A stretch of 48,549 bases of DNA from Fibrobacterales bacterium (GCA_051532055.1 JAOPTX010000075.1:1-48549), one strand, 5' to 3'; positions 30,177-40,384 are shown, counted from the first letter of the stretch. A program made the numbers and translations. The notes: a model not told the origin generated them from the sequence alone.

Positions 30177-31922
30177 ATGAAAAAGCTTACCCTTTTATTT
30201 GCCCTATTACTCATAATTGGCTGTGATTCAAACCCAAGTTCTCCAATGGTAGTATCAGAAAATACTTCTGATGACGGAGTTGCTAATGTAACGATTATGT
30301 TAAGCAAGGTTGGCGCCTTTATGAAAAGACAGTCAGCAAAGCAAGACATGGTGTCAGAGATTCAGTTGGAAAAACTCTTTATTACCTTACGATCTGATAG
30401 CAACGATTTGATTCTTGATACCATCAATATTTCTGGAAATGATCAAATTATTGTTACTAAAGCATATGCTGGATTGGCATCTGATCAACAATGGAGTGTC
30501 ACTGCAATGACTAAAGATAGTTTAGGGGTGATAATTCATAGTGATGCAATGCGGTTTAATGTGGCCCAAGGTGACACTGTTGATGTGAGACTTGATATGC
30601 AAGCGAACTACTCAATGCTCAGGGCTTCATTTTCACCTATTAAAGATAGTGTGACTCGATTAGAGGTTGTTATTGATTCTAATGCAGTGGTGTCAAAAAA
30701 TATTCTCAAGCAGAGTAATATTGGTGGTGCTGAGTATGTCTCTTTTGATTATGTTGCGGTATCTTCGGATACGATGTATTCTGATAACCGAACCATTCAA
30801 TTGAATGCTTATGGAGAATATAATGATGTAGAGATGTTGTTATATACTGGTGCAATAAGTATAGAGGTTATTTCTGGAATTGACTCGTCGTATAATATAG
30901 TATTGAATTGGGTTGGACCTGAGGATACTACGGCCACTATTGATATGGCTGTTATAGTAGGGAGAATTGGAACCATTTACATAGATGGTGAATTAGAAAC
31001 GATAATAGATAGTACTATTGTTGATACTACAATAATTGATACCGCCATAGTAGACACTACGATAACCGATTCAACAATTATTGGCCCAACGCCAAGTCCA
31101 TTTCATGCATACTTCAAAGAAAAATTTTCAATTGATTCAAATGATATTCTCCAGAATGCATTTACAGCGTACTATTTCAAAGATGTTGCAGACTCATCAC
31201 TTGTAGCTATTGATACAGTGGATGTTCCGTCTATTAATTATAGCTATAGTAGCTTTCATAATATTGGATCAGAAGATTTTGCAGCGTTCTATATTGGTGA
31301 TCTCTTTTATACAACTGATACTGATGTAGAAATAACTATTGATCAAAGTTGGTCAAATACCATTATCTATATTAATGGTGTTGAAGTAATCAATGCGAGC
31401 TCTAATACAACATTAGCATACACTTTCTCAGCAGGGCATAATATTGTTGAGGTCGTGTACTACAATAACTGGCATACCACTAATGTGAGTGTCAAGTTTG
31501 AAGAAGCTCTTCCTATTGCAACCCAAAATAGTGCTACAGCACTTGTTGCGCCTTATGCTGATGTTGATATTTGGTATGGGGGACTCTATGAGTGTTCAGA
31601 TAGATATAGTATCTGTGATATTTCTTTAGATTCTACAAACAAGCCTACAGTGCTCTTCCTCGCGTCATATCATGCTGCGGATTGGGATTTTACAGGTGAA
31701 GATTTGAGCAATGTTATCGGTATCTTTGTGGGAGACTATTCCCCTTCTTCGAGAGTTGTTGGGGTGGGTGACTCTATTCCGGTATTTAATATCGCTGGGT
31801 ATGGAAGTAACTATGATAATCGCTATGAAGCAAGCGTAGTAGTAAATGACTTAACAGGAAGAACTCTTACTGGCTTTTCAGGTGAGTATTCAGGGAATTC
31901 TCTTGTTTTAGAAAATAACTAA
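30177..31922 (+). CDS. Hypothetical multidomain lipoprotein (possible PA14-like segment)
   Basis: Lipobox IIGC and beta-rich N-terminal domains. Pentapeptide-periodic linker. DFAAFYIG..IYING..GHNIVEVVYYNNW resembles PA14. Confidence 0.7.
   Translation: MKKLTLLFALLLIIGCDSNPSSPMVVSENTSDDGVANVTIMLSKVGAFMKRQSAKQDMVSEIQLEKLFITLRSDSNDLILDTINISGNDQIIVTKAYAGLASDQQWSVTAMTKDSLGVIIHSDAMRFNVAQGDTVDVRLDMQANYSMLRASFSPIKDSVTRLEVVIDSNAVVSKNILKQSNIGGAEYVSFDYVAVSSDTMYSDNRTIQLNAYGEYNDVEMLLYTGAISIEVISGIDSSYNIVLNWVGPEDTTATIDMAVIVGRIGTIYIDGELETIIDSTIVDTTIIDTAIVDTTITDSTIIGPTPSPFHAYFKEKFSIDSNDILQNAFTAYYFKDVADSSLVAIDTVDVPSINYSYSSFHNIGSEDFAAFYIGDLFYTTDTDVEITIDQSWSNTIIYINGVEVINASSNTTLAYTFSAGHNIVEVVYYNNWHTTNVSVKFEEALPIATQNSATALVAPYADVDIWYGGLYECSDRYSICDISLDSTNKPTVLFLASYHAADWDFTGEDLSNVIGIFVGDYSPSSRVVGVGDSIPVFNIAGYGSNYDNRYEASVVVNDLTGRTLTGFSGEYSGNSLVLENN
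30999..31082 (+). repeat. 15-nt-period coding repeat (TIIDS TIVDT TIIDT AIVDT TITDS TII)
   Basis: Seen directly in the translation. Synonymous positions have diverged. Confidence 0.8.
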
Positions 31923-31947
31923 ATTTTGATAATATAGAATATGACAT

Positions 31948-31983
31948 AAAAAACGGCCCGCTCATTGAGCGGGCCGTTTTTTT
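31948..31983. terminator. Bidirectional intrinsic terminator
   Basis: AAAAAACGGCCCGCTCA-T-TGAGCGGGCCGTTTTTT between convergent genes. Confidence 0.92.
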
Positions 31984-32000
31984 GTAGGTGTAAAGTGTTT

Positions 32001-33125
32001 CTATTTAAATCGGACTTTTCCCCAAATAGGGAAGTGATCAGTGGGCCAGCCGCCATCAATCTGGTCATGGTAAATATCCGCGTCAAGAGTTGTATACTCT
32101 CCACCACCGACTAACACAAAATCTATTTTAGCACCTTCGAATCCTCCGCCAAAGCCATGAAAACCTTTAACATCATTTCTGTTGGGCCAAATGTCACGGA
32201 AGGTATCGGTCATCTGGACGTCTCCTTGTTGAGTAAGGTACTTAATAGATGCATCGTATTCATCAACATTCAAATCACCGGTTACAATAAAAGGGACGTC
32301 TTGGTTGCTGCGCTGTGCAATACGAGAATCAAGTAAGGTCGCACTATTCATCCATGATGAGCCTACATAAGACCAGTGGTTATTATAGACATAAACCTGT
32401 TGTTGGGTCTCAGTATGCTCAAAGAGTGCCCACACGCAGGTTCTGAACCATTGTTGCCCCCACACAAGGGTTTGATTGTTTGCATCATCAGGGGTGTTGG
32501 TATAATGAAATTCACCTGTTTCAATAACTGATACTACTGCATTGTTATAAAGGATTCCAGTACCTTTAGCTGAGGCTAATTTGTAGCCTGTCAGGGCAAT
32601 AAGGTCATCAACTTGGTAGTCGCTGGGCTCTTGTAGGCCAATGATATCAGGCTTGTGTAGCTCAATAACTTTTTGACAGCGCCCTTTTCTTGAGTTCCAA
32701 TCATTGGGATAGCCGTCGTTTGCATCGCCTGTCCGTACATTAAATGACATAATATTGAGTTCAAAAGTAGTTGGGGTTTCGATTTCAGAACTTGAGCTCA
32801 ATGTTGAAGAACTTGATTCCGATATGATGGTATCACTACTTGATCCGGAGCTTAATTCGCTACTTGATTCCAGGGCCGATGAACTTTCAGGGGGAGTTTT
32901 TACTGCTGATGAGCTATTATTTTGTGAGGAGATGCTGCTGCTTGACTCTCGTTCACTGGAACTTTCGGGCTGTTCCTCGATATCTGACGAAAAGTATTCG
33001 CTTGATGACTCCTCTGGTGATAAGAAGCTTGATGATGCTCCCGCGTCTTGTTGGGGCTCTGGGTCGGTCCCCAAGCATCCTGCAAGGAGTGTAATGGAAC
33101 ATAATGTTACAATCTGTTTTCTCAT
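32001..33125 (-). CDS. EEP-family lipoprotein (intact)
   Basis: Lipobox LAGC and Ser-rich linker. MSFNVR, PDIIGLQE, RTCVW, NNH, TGDLN, KIDFV and TDHFP. Confidence 0.9.
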   Translation of the reverse strand: MRKQIVTLCSITLLAGCLGTDPEPQQDAGASSSFLSPEESSSEYFSSDIEEQPESSSERESSSSISSQNNSSSAVKTPPESSSALESSSELSSGSSSDTIISESSSSTLSSSSEIETPTTFELNIMSFNVRTGDANDGYPNDWNSRKGRCQKVIELHKPDIIGLQEPSDYQVDDLIALTGYKLASAKGTGILYNNAVVSVIETGEFHYTNTPDDANNQTLVWGQQWFRTCVWALFEHTETQQQVYVYNNHWSYVGSSWMNSATLLDSRIAQRSNQDVPFIVTGDLNVDEYDASIKYLTQQGDVQMTDTFRDIWPNRNDVKGFHGFGGGFEGAKIDFVLVGGGEYTTLDADIYHDQIDGGWPTDHFPIWGKVRFK

Positions 33126-33539
33126 GTAAATAGCCTCGTCTATACTGTTTTAAATCCATAAATGGATTGTGATGTAGCACCCCTAAAAAGTTCGCATGAG
33201 TATAAAACATGCCCTTGTCTCAAAATGAGTAAAACACCGATAGTTTGTTGTGTGTATTAGTAATCTATATTATTTATTCCATGGAATGAGATTCATGGAG
33301 GTCTTTAATCTTATTGATAGTACGAATGATTCCCTATAGATAGATTCTACGTGCCTATATGATCAATTTTTAAGAAATCACAACAACCGTTCGGCGTTTT
33401 GAGTAAAAACAGTGATAATCTTCTGGGTTTCTCTATGTATGAGCCGTATGAGATTATTGATTTGGTAGGGTGAGATTTGGTTGGCGACTATGCCATATTC
33501 TGCGGGTTTGAGAGGTGCTTTTGATGATGCTTAGTGATG

Positions 33540-33568
33540 AAAAAACGGGAATTGATGACTCATTCCCG
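33540..33568 (-). terminator. Terminator of the small Lys-rich ORF
   Basis: CGGGAA...TTCCCG stem with an A6 tract on its left (U tract on the minus strand). Confidence 0.6.
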
Positions 33569-33594
33569 ATAAGTAACTCAGTGCTGTCGCGCTA

Positions 33595-33705
33595 TTATGC
33601 ATTCTTCTTTTTGTCTTTTTTCTCTTGTTTTTCTTTACGTTTTTCTTTTAATGTTTTAGTGGCTTCTTTTTTATCAGTTTTCTTAGCGTCTTGACCTTTT
33701 GCCAT
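33595..33705 (-). CDS. Small Lys-rich protein (36 aa)
   Basis: MAKGQDAKKTDKKEATKTLKKKRKEKQEKKDKKKNA. AAGGA RBS upstream and terminator downstream. Below the ORF-track cutoff. Confidence 0.7.
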   Translation of the reverse strand: MAKGQDAKKTDKKEATKTLKEKRKEKQEKKDKKKNA

Positions 33706-33873
33706 GCTGTATTCCTTTTGGTTTATTGACTTTAAAAGAGTATAGAAAGTAATGAAATAGAATGTGAATTTATGTTTAATAATCGCAATAAAGATTAAAA
33801 TAGGGGGTATTATTCGTTTTTAGGCATTTATGGGGTATATTAAAGAGGTACGTGTTTGGTGAAGGAGGACAGT

Positions 33874-34098
33874 ATGTCACGCAAATACTCACAATTCAAA
33901 ACATCCTGTGAAATCTTTAAAGATGCAATCACAGAACAGCGAATTCCGATGCCCGCACAGAAAACACTCCTAAAATGTGATCATGATATTGATACACTAC
34001 TTTCCCTTTCGAAGGACTCATACATGAAGTACCCCGATAAGTATGAAGGAAAACGTGTAGATATTGAACGTTTGTATTGGGATTGGGATAAAAATTGA
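33874..34098 (+). CDS. Hypothetical protein (74 aa)
   Basis: Strong AAGGAGG RBS before ATG 33874. Convergent with the next gene. No recognised motif. Confidence 0.6.
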   Translation: MSRKYSQFKTSCEIFKDAITEQRIPMPAQKTLLKCDHDIDTLLSLSKDSYMKYPDKYEGKRVDIERLYWDWDKN

Positions 34099-34106
34099 TC
34101 GGCGTT

Positions 34107-34544
34107 CTATTGCGCCGTAGCATAAAATATGCAAGTAGAGTTGGTGTTCACTTCGTTTGCAACAGTGGTGTTTGTTTGAATGATATAAAAACCTTGGTCT
34201 AATTCATTACCGAATGGAAACATTGGTTGCACAGAATACATGCCTTGATTTGAGTAGGGATCTTCCGTATAAGTATAATCGCTGCTGAATATGTAGTGTC
34301 CCTGTATATCATAAATAATTACTTCAATTGATACGGTATAACGTTGCGTAGTTGTTGAAACTGATGTTTTGCTTAATGAAGAACTAATAGGGTTTGATGT
34401 TGTGTCTGGACAGGTTGTAAGTATGCGTTCAAAAGTCTCATTGTCAATAGAAGGGTTAGGCTCTTTCGAGTCGCTTGAAAATAGGCATGCTTGTACAGTG
34501 ATACTCACAATACAACAGGTAAGAAGTGATAAAAGTAATTTCAT
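34107..34544 (-). CDS. Small hypothetical lipoprotein with a T9SS-tail/FlgD-Ig-like motif
   Basis: Lipobox VQAC and IIYDIQG...LDQGFYIIQ. Confidence 0.65.
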   Translation of the reverse strand: MKLLLSLLTCCIVSITVQACLFSSDSKEPNPSIDNETFERILTTCPDTTSNPISSSLSKTSVSTTTQRYTVSIEVIIYDIQGHYIFSSDYTYTEDPYSNQGMYSVQPMFPFGNELDQGFYIIQTNTTVANEVNTNSTCIFYATAQ

Positions 34545-34808
34545 TTTAAACCTTAATGTGATGCTAAGAATAGTTCAAAAATACTATTCTGTTCTGAAAT
34601 GGTAAAGGGTTCAATGGGGTATGGCTGAGTGATTTCTGAGTTGGGGCACTATACCGAAGATGAATACAATCTGTAAAAACATTTTATATATTCCGTGCCC
34701 ATTGCATTGAGAAAGGTATTTGGTGTAATGGAATTATCTGCGTCCAATTTTGGGGAAGAGGGCACGTACACATACATATATGCACACAACATGGAGTTAC
34801 TATACATA

Positions 34809-36299
34809 ATGAAAAAAAAGTTAATAGGAACACTTGGAATACTAGTTGCAGTACTACTCATTGGGGCTTGTGATACTACACTTGCAACGGTAGAATCACC
34901 AGACCATGAACCACTTCACTATCAAAGGCCTCTTGCAAAGGTGAGTGCTACAGCGTCGAGCGTTGTTACAGAAGTAAGTAATTCTTCAATAGAGCTTACT
35001 TACCAGAGTGTCGGTACACCCTATGCATATGTCTATATGGATGGGCAAATGGTGCAACAGGGATGGATGGAGGCTTCAAATGGGCAATATGCTATTGTAT
35101 TTGATGGATTTACAGCTGGGGATGAACTAGACCTATTCATTTATTACAATAATTTTGAAGCGAATACTGGTTTTTTTCACTATTCATTTTCAGGTGATGC
35201 GGGAGGCCTTGGTGTTCTTGAAGAGGTGGGGCGACACGACCTTCGCTTTTCGATACAAAGTAGTGGTAATGCCTATCTGTATGTTTTTAAAAATGATCAG
35301 GTCTTTCATCAGTCGTGGATGGATAATAGCAGTAGTAACCAGTATAGCAAAACCGTAGGTGGCTTAAACTATGGTGATGACATAAAGTACTGGATATATT
35401 ATGATAATAATGGAAATAATACCGGGTACGTAGACTATACCTTTGATGGAAGCTCTTTTCCTGATGGGCCAACGGCGTATCCTGGATACACCGGAATATA
35501 TTCTGGTTATACCCTAGTAATTGACGAACGCTTTGATGGAAATGATATTAATAATGCTCTCTGGGCTAAAGGGGATGGTGGAGTTGGAGGGGAAACCATG
35601 TGCCGCTTTCAACCTCAAGGTGTTGAAGTAAATAATGGTACCATGAAAATGACAGTTCGGAATGAGTATGTTGCGGAAAGTTGGTCATACGATCATGGGA
35701 AAATGCGTCGAGCCGAAAACTACTCGTGTGGAGAGCTTCGTACCAAAAATGAGTACCGGTATGGACGCATTGAAGCACGCTATAAGTTACCGACAACTCC
35801 TGCGACGGGGTGTATCCAGTCGCTCTTTACGTATGATACGGATTATGATGAATGGGTTGAGCTTGATGTTGAATTAGAGTGTGGAAGACCAGGAACAATG
35901 CAGTCAAATTATATCTACGGTGAAGGTGCAAGTACTTGGAATTGGGAATGGCAGGCTACTCGTACGTGGGGCGCTTGGGAGAGAGTTCATACAACTCCAA
36001 AATCACAAAAAGAATGGATCACTTATGCGATGGAGTGGACTCCTTCATATGTAAAGTGGTTTATGGATGGTGTTGAAGTAAGGCATATGGATGCTGGGAT
36101 GATTGACTGTTACCCTAACTGTATTGCTCCTGCCATACGTTCGGCACAGCTACCGAATCATTTTACAAAGATTATGATGAATTTTTGGATTCCAAATTAT
36201 GGTGTTGGACCAAATTTTGGGGGTGATCCTTCCGGTAATCAATATCCAATGGTTACTGAGTACGATTGGTTTAGATATTACTCACTCAATGGTTATTAA
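34809..36299 (+). CDS. GH16 beta-glucanase lipoprotein with two CBM56-like repeats
   Basis: Lipobox IGAC. Catalytic ELDVE, YGRIEAR, YAMEWTP..WFMDG and IMMNFW. Two ~75-aa N-terminal repeats. Start moved to MKKKL. Confidence 0.88.
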   Translation: MKKKLIGTLGILVAVLLIGACDTTLATVESPDHEPLHYQRPLAKVSATASSVVTEVSNSSIELTYQSVGTPYAYVYMDGQMVQQGWMEASNGQYAIVFDGFTAGDELDLFIYYNNFEANTGFFHYSFSGDAGGLGVLEEVGRHDLRFSIQSSGNAYLYVFKNDQVFHQSWMDNSSSNQYSKTVGGLNYGDDIKYWIYYDNNGNNTGYVDYTFDGSSFPDGPTAYPGYTGIYSGYTLVIDERFDGNDINNALWAKGDGGVGGETMCRFQPQGVEVNNGTMKMTVRNEYVAESWSYDHGKMRRAENYSCGELRTKNEYRYGRIEARYKLPTTPATGCIQSLFTYDTDYDEWVELDVELECGRPGTMQSNYIYGEGASTWNWEWQATRTWGAWERVHTTPKSQKEWITYAMEWTPSYVKWFMDGVEVRHMDAGMIDCYPNCIAPAIRSAQLPNHFTKIMMNFWIPNYGVGPNFGGDPSGNQYPMVTEYDWFRYYSLNGY

Positions 36300-36351
36300 T
36301 ATCATACTTCTTACATTATATTGAGAAACACAAGATGGTTTTGATATATCT

Positions 36352-36377
36352 AAAGGGCAGAAATAATCTGCCCTTTT
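36352..36377. terminator. Bidirectional terminator
   Basis: AAAGGGCAGA-AATAA-TCTGCCCTTTT between convergent genes. Confidence 0.75.
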
Positions 36378-36385
36378 AAAAAATG

Positions 36386-39300
36386 TTATCTAATATACTT
36401 CACATACAAAATTCTATTGTCAGATACCAGATGTAATGAGTTATTGGTTAAGTGTGCTCTGTCATACTCGCCAATCTTCTGTCCAAAGAGTGTATAGACG
36501 TCGACTCTTTGGGCATTACTTGGTATTGAGAGTTGTTGTGATGGGCTGATAATTTGAGACCATTGATCATTTGATCGTATGGTGAGAGATGCAGTGGCAT
36601 CACTACTTTGCATCATACTCGATGAAAGTGGTGAGGTGTCGTCACATGAACTACTTGACATTTCACTTGATACATAATCACTTGATGATTGTTCCATTGG
36701 TTTATCTTGTGCTTCAAATCCAATAGTGACTGATTCTATGGTGACACTCCCTTCTGTTGCCGCAACACGGATACCATGTATTGTGGTTTCTTTACATATA
36801 AAAGTGTTTGGGATAGAAACTGTTGCCTCTCCATCACCGAGTAACGATCCACTGAAAAAGGTGTTTCCTTGTACATCAAGGATAAATGTAGCTGGTGCGC
36901 TACTTGATAGATTTAGAGAAAGAGTACATTCACCATAAGAAGGAGTACGGAACAGGTATCCTACTGAATAACCAGCTTCATTGGCTATTACGGTGAAAGC
37001 ACCCGTTCCATCAGGGTTAGGGCTTTCTATTGTATGCATGTCAAAAGCGAATCCAGGAATAGTGACGGGAGCCATTGGGCCAAATGTAGGTTCAGGAACC
37101 GTCTCTGCAGCGAGGTCAAGTACCGCTCTGTATTGAGGTGATCCGGCTAACCCGGTCTCTCTATTGTAGGCTCCCCAAACAACAGGTCCTTCATTGTTGA
37201 GTGCTAAGAAGGCAAACATACTCCCTCCTACTTGGGCAAATGCTTGCACGTGATTATACGACTCTTCATACATGCGTTCGTCCCAGTGTATTGAACGATA
37301 GAGCTCTTCATCATCAGTAAAGTGAGGGTGATTGTCACCTTCATAGGCAAGGAACTCCAGTCCAAAACCATGGGCCCAGGCAGCCTCTGCAAATAAGTTT
37401 TCAGCAAAATGCACTTCGTTCCACTCGCCATCATTCCAAATGGTTTCATTGGTAGGGAGGTGATCTTCTCTATGTGACCAATAGGCACTACTGGAGCCGC
37501 CAAAGAAATAATAATTGACTGTATGTACATCTGTCCACTCAGAACGGGAATCTTTACCACCATAGTAACGGTCGACAAAGAGAAGTGTCCGTGAGACGAG
37601 ATCAATCCACCCTTTTTGCCAACAGATGACCGGCCGAATTTGGCTCATCATGCGATCGTCACCAAAGACCTCCCTAAAAATTGTACTCATCGTTACAGAG
37701 CGCATTGCTTTATAACGATAGAGTAGTGATGAAGGGTCTGATTCTCCATCAAAATCGAGGGGATGGCCAAACGTTTGAGCTTGATCGTAGACCCATTGAG
37801 TTTGTGGAAACCATCCGCCCCAATTCCAGACTTCATTGGAGTATTCTACATATAATTTACTCGTGCTATTCAGTGGTTCAACTGAGGTTGAACCATCTCG
37901 AAAGAGAATCGCTAAATTACGCATATACTGATCGGTTACTTTATGAGGCACACAGATCCACGCATCTTTCTTCGTGGCGTTGGCTAATTTGATTATAGAC
38001 TCCCATGCAGAATAGTAGTGTTCAACATGTTGTGATGCATAATTCCAAGGAACGGTCTGCTCCCAAAGGGAATCATTACTTCCGTTGGTATTGGTCCAGC
38101 CCATAAAGCGAATAGTGCTATAGGGGGCAAGTCGTTCGATATACTCTCGAGAAAAATCTTCATCAAACCTATGGGATTCACTGCTGCCAGGGCTTACTGG
38201 CCTCATCATTTTAAGGTTTTTTACACCATCTTGGGTATTGGTAATGGCGATGATTAATGTTTCAGTGTCAGGATTTGTTATGGTAAGTGTTGTGGATGTT
38301 ATATTTGTAGTTGGGTCATAGGTGTGGGGGCCAATGTCAGATCCCCATGAGCCAAGTTCCCCTACACCTTCAAAGCGAACCGCATAGGTGCCATGTATTT
38401 GTTTCTGTCCATCAAAGACTAAGACTTGAAAATCACTGAGCGGCCAGCCGTTAGAATCATTCTCAGTGCTATTTCCCGTTTCTGGAACTTGCGCTTGGTA
38501 CATGCGGGCTGTTTTGATTATGTCAGCAAAAGGTTTATCACCATTCCAATCTATGGTTCCACCGGTATTCATGCCAATAGAGTAGGTTGATTGTGTTGCG
38601 GTAGGAGGTTCCCGTGAAGGGACACTGGATGAGCTTATTAAAAGATCGGAAGAAGAGAATGGTACTTGGGTATATGAACTACTTGACGAGAGTGGTATTT
38701 CGGTATATGAGCTGCTTGATGATAGTGGTGGGTTCTCTTGACTACTTTCTATTAATAGGGATGATGAGCTTTGGCTTGAACTTTCTACTGAGCTTAATGG
38801 TTCCTGGGGTGAAGGGAATACTCTACTGGTGCCGTCAGGATGATTAAATGCGGTTAGTTCATTCCAGATGTAAGTTCTGATAGAAGAGTAATGGTCAATA
38901 ATTTGTTGGGGTATAAGGTTCGGAGCTATGTAAGATTCCGGGATTGGTTCTTCAAAGAGAGCAGAGTAGTGGATAAGTGCCGCGAGGAAATATAGGCCGG
39001 GCATACCATGGGGGGCATCATCTTCGTAGATGTCGGTTAAAGGTATTGTGTTCAGGGCGGGGATCGTTTGAAAAAGTCCACTGATGATGGGACCCACAGG
39101 GATCATTAATACGGGTGCACCGTTAACTTCAGCATTGACGAGGTCTTGTAAGTCGACCCACCAATCATGGAATGCACCGCGAGTATGTGCATGGTAGGTA
39201 ACCATATCCGATGCCGTTGGAGGGTATTGAGGGAAGCCCTCTGGCCAGTTTTCATATATATAAAAGGCGACGTTTGGCTCTTGACTTCGTGTGTAGTTTA

Positions 39301-40018
39301 GAATTTTGATCGTCGATTCTGTTGGGGTTTCCCCGTCATACACTGTTGTAACGGGTTGCCCTTGGGTGAAATTGGGGTGAGTGAGTATCACGCTCGTATA
39401 GTCGCTGTGTCCAAAGGTTTGATTCCAGGCACTCGGAATACTGTCAAAAGAAAATTGAGGATGGGGCGGGATGCGGTGATAAGATGGTTGCCCAAACTGA
39501 CCATCGGTGGCCCATTTTTTTCCACCTGCGGTTGCGAGCCTTCCAAGCCAATAAGGTATATTTGATGTTGATGAGTGAGCACCAAGGGTGTGTGAGACCA
39601 AGCTGTGTCCAAAGAAATATGATCGCTGTTCTTGTCCATCGTCGGCTCCGATTCGAATAGCATAGGAATCGGGTTCAGGTGATTGGTTACCTGCTGCATC
39701 ATGGGCGTATACTTGTACATGATATACAGCAGGAGAAAGTTCGTCATAGCTTATTGTGGTGGCGGTTGTTCGTTGGTAATTATTCCAGCCGTTTTGTGAA
39801 AAAGTATACACTGAATACTGAACAACACCCACGTTATCGAATGCAGGGTCCCAGGATATTGAAAACGAAGTTGTGGTTATGTCGTATGGTTGATGCCCTT
39901 CGGGTTGCGATGGCGATTCAATGTCTTGTGCATATGAACTTATACATACAGTAAGAATAATAAAAATAATGTATTGAATTGGTATGAGTGTAGTATGGTT
40001 TTTTGAGCGTGACATCAT
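36386..40018 (-). CDS. Secreted fusion: FN3 + SGNH-like domain + uncharacterised clan GH-A-like TIM barrel
   Basis: FN3 ISWDPAFDNVGV..AHDAAGNQS. SGNH-like FFGHSL...DDAPH. GMN..DW..PFAD..K.AR, RFMGW, AWICVPH, YVEYSNEVWN and LAYEG. VYTLFGQKI tail. Confidence 0.75.
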   Translation of the reverse strand: MMSRSKNHTTLIPIQYIIFIILTVCISSYAQDIESPSQPEGHQPYDITTTSFSISWDPAFDNVGVVQYSVYTFSQNGWNNYQRTTATTISYDELSPAVYHVQVYAHDAAGNQSPEPDSYAIRIGADDGQEQRSYFFGHSLVSHTLGAHSSTSNIPYWLGRLATAGGKKWATDGQFGQPSYHRIPPHPQFSFDSIPSAWNQTFGHSDYTSVILTHPNFTQGQPVTTVYDGETPTESTIKILNYTRSQEPNVAFYIYENWPEGFPQYPPTASDMVTYHAHTRGAFHDWWVDLQDLVNAEVNGAPVLMIPVGPIISGLFQTIPALNTIPLTDIYEDDAPHGMPGLYFLAALIHYSALFEEPIPESYIAPNLIPQQIIDHYSSIRTYIWNELTAFNHPDGTSRVFPSPQEPLSSVESSSQSSSSLLIESSQENPPLSSSSSYTEIPLSSSSSYTQVPFSSSDLLISSSSVPSREPPTATQSTYSIGMNTGGTIDWNGDKPFADIIKTARMYQAQVPETGNSTENDSNGWPLSDFQVLVFDGQKQIHGTYAVRFEGVGELGSWGSDIGPHTYDPTTNITSTTLTITNPDTETLIIAITNTQDGVKNLKMMRPVSPGSSESHRFDEDFSREYIERLAPYSTIRFMGWTNTNGSNDSLWEQTVPWNYASQHVEHYYSAWESIIKLANATKKDAWICVPHKVTDQYMRNLAILFRDGSTSVEPLNSTSKLYVEYSNEVWNWGGWFPQTQWVYDQAQTFGHPLDFDGESDPSSLLYRYKAMRSVTMSTIFREVFGDDRMMSQIRPVICWQKGWIDLVSRTLLFVDRYYGGKDSRSEWTDVHTVNYYFFGGSSSAYWSHREDHLPTNETIWNDGEWNEVHFAENLFAEAAWAHGFGLEFLAYEGDNHPHFTDDEELYRSIHWDERMYEESYNHVQAFAQVGGSMFAFLALNNEGPVVWGAYNRETGLAGSPQYRAVLDLAAETVPEPTFGPMAPVTIPGFAFDMHTIESPNPDGTGAFTVIANEAGYSVGYLFRTPSYGECTLSLNLSSSAPATFILDVQGNTFFSGSLLGDGEATVSIPNTFICKETTIHGIRVAATEGSVTIESVTIGFEAQDKPMEQSSSDYVSSEMSSSSCDDTSPLSSSMMQSSDATASLTIRSNDQWSQIISPSQQLSIPSNAQRVDVYTLFGQKIGEYDRAHLTNNSLHLVSDNRILYVKYIR
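38650..38732 (-). repeat. 33-nt-period coding repeat (PLSSSSSYTEI / PLSSSSSYTQV / PFSSS)
   Basis: Seen in the linker between the two catalytic-type domains. Confidence 0.75.
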
Positions 40019-40384
40019 GTCTCCCCGGTCATTGATTTCACATTAAATATAAAGTAATGGATGTTTCAGAGGGGGAGTGGTTGCTTCCTGATAGGAAGGG
40101 GAGAATGGGTGAAAAGGGAATTATGAGGGTTTGGCCTATAGCTCAGAGATCATAGTAAATAAGCTGACATATAATGCCTGAAATATCTTTAATAATCGTT
40201 ATTTATGGCATTTTTTGCTTAATAATTGGCCTTTAGGATGAGATTAATATAGGTTAGGTTTGGGATACACATACAATGTAGTGGTTTGACAACAGGTATA
40301 AAATGCTCTGGGGAGAGCGGGTTGGATAGCTCATTACAATAGCGTCAATCATGCTCAATACCATGGTACGCTCCGGGGAATTAC

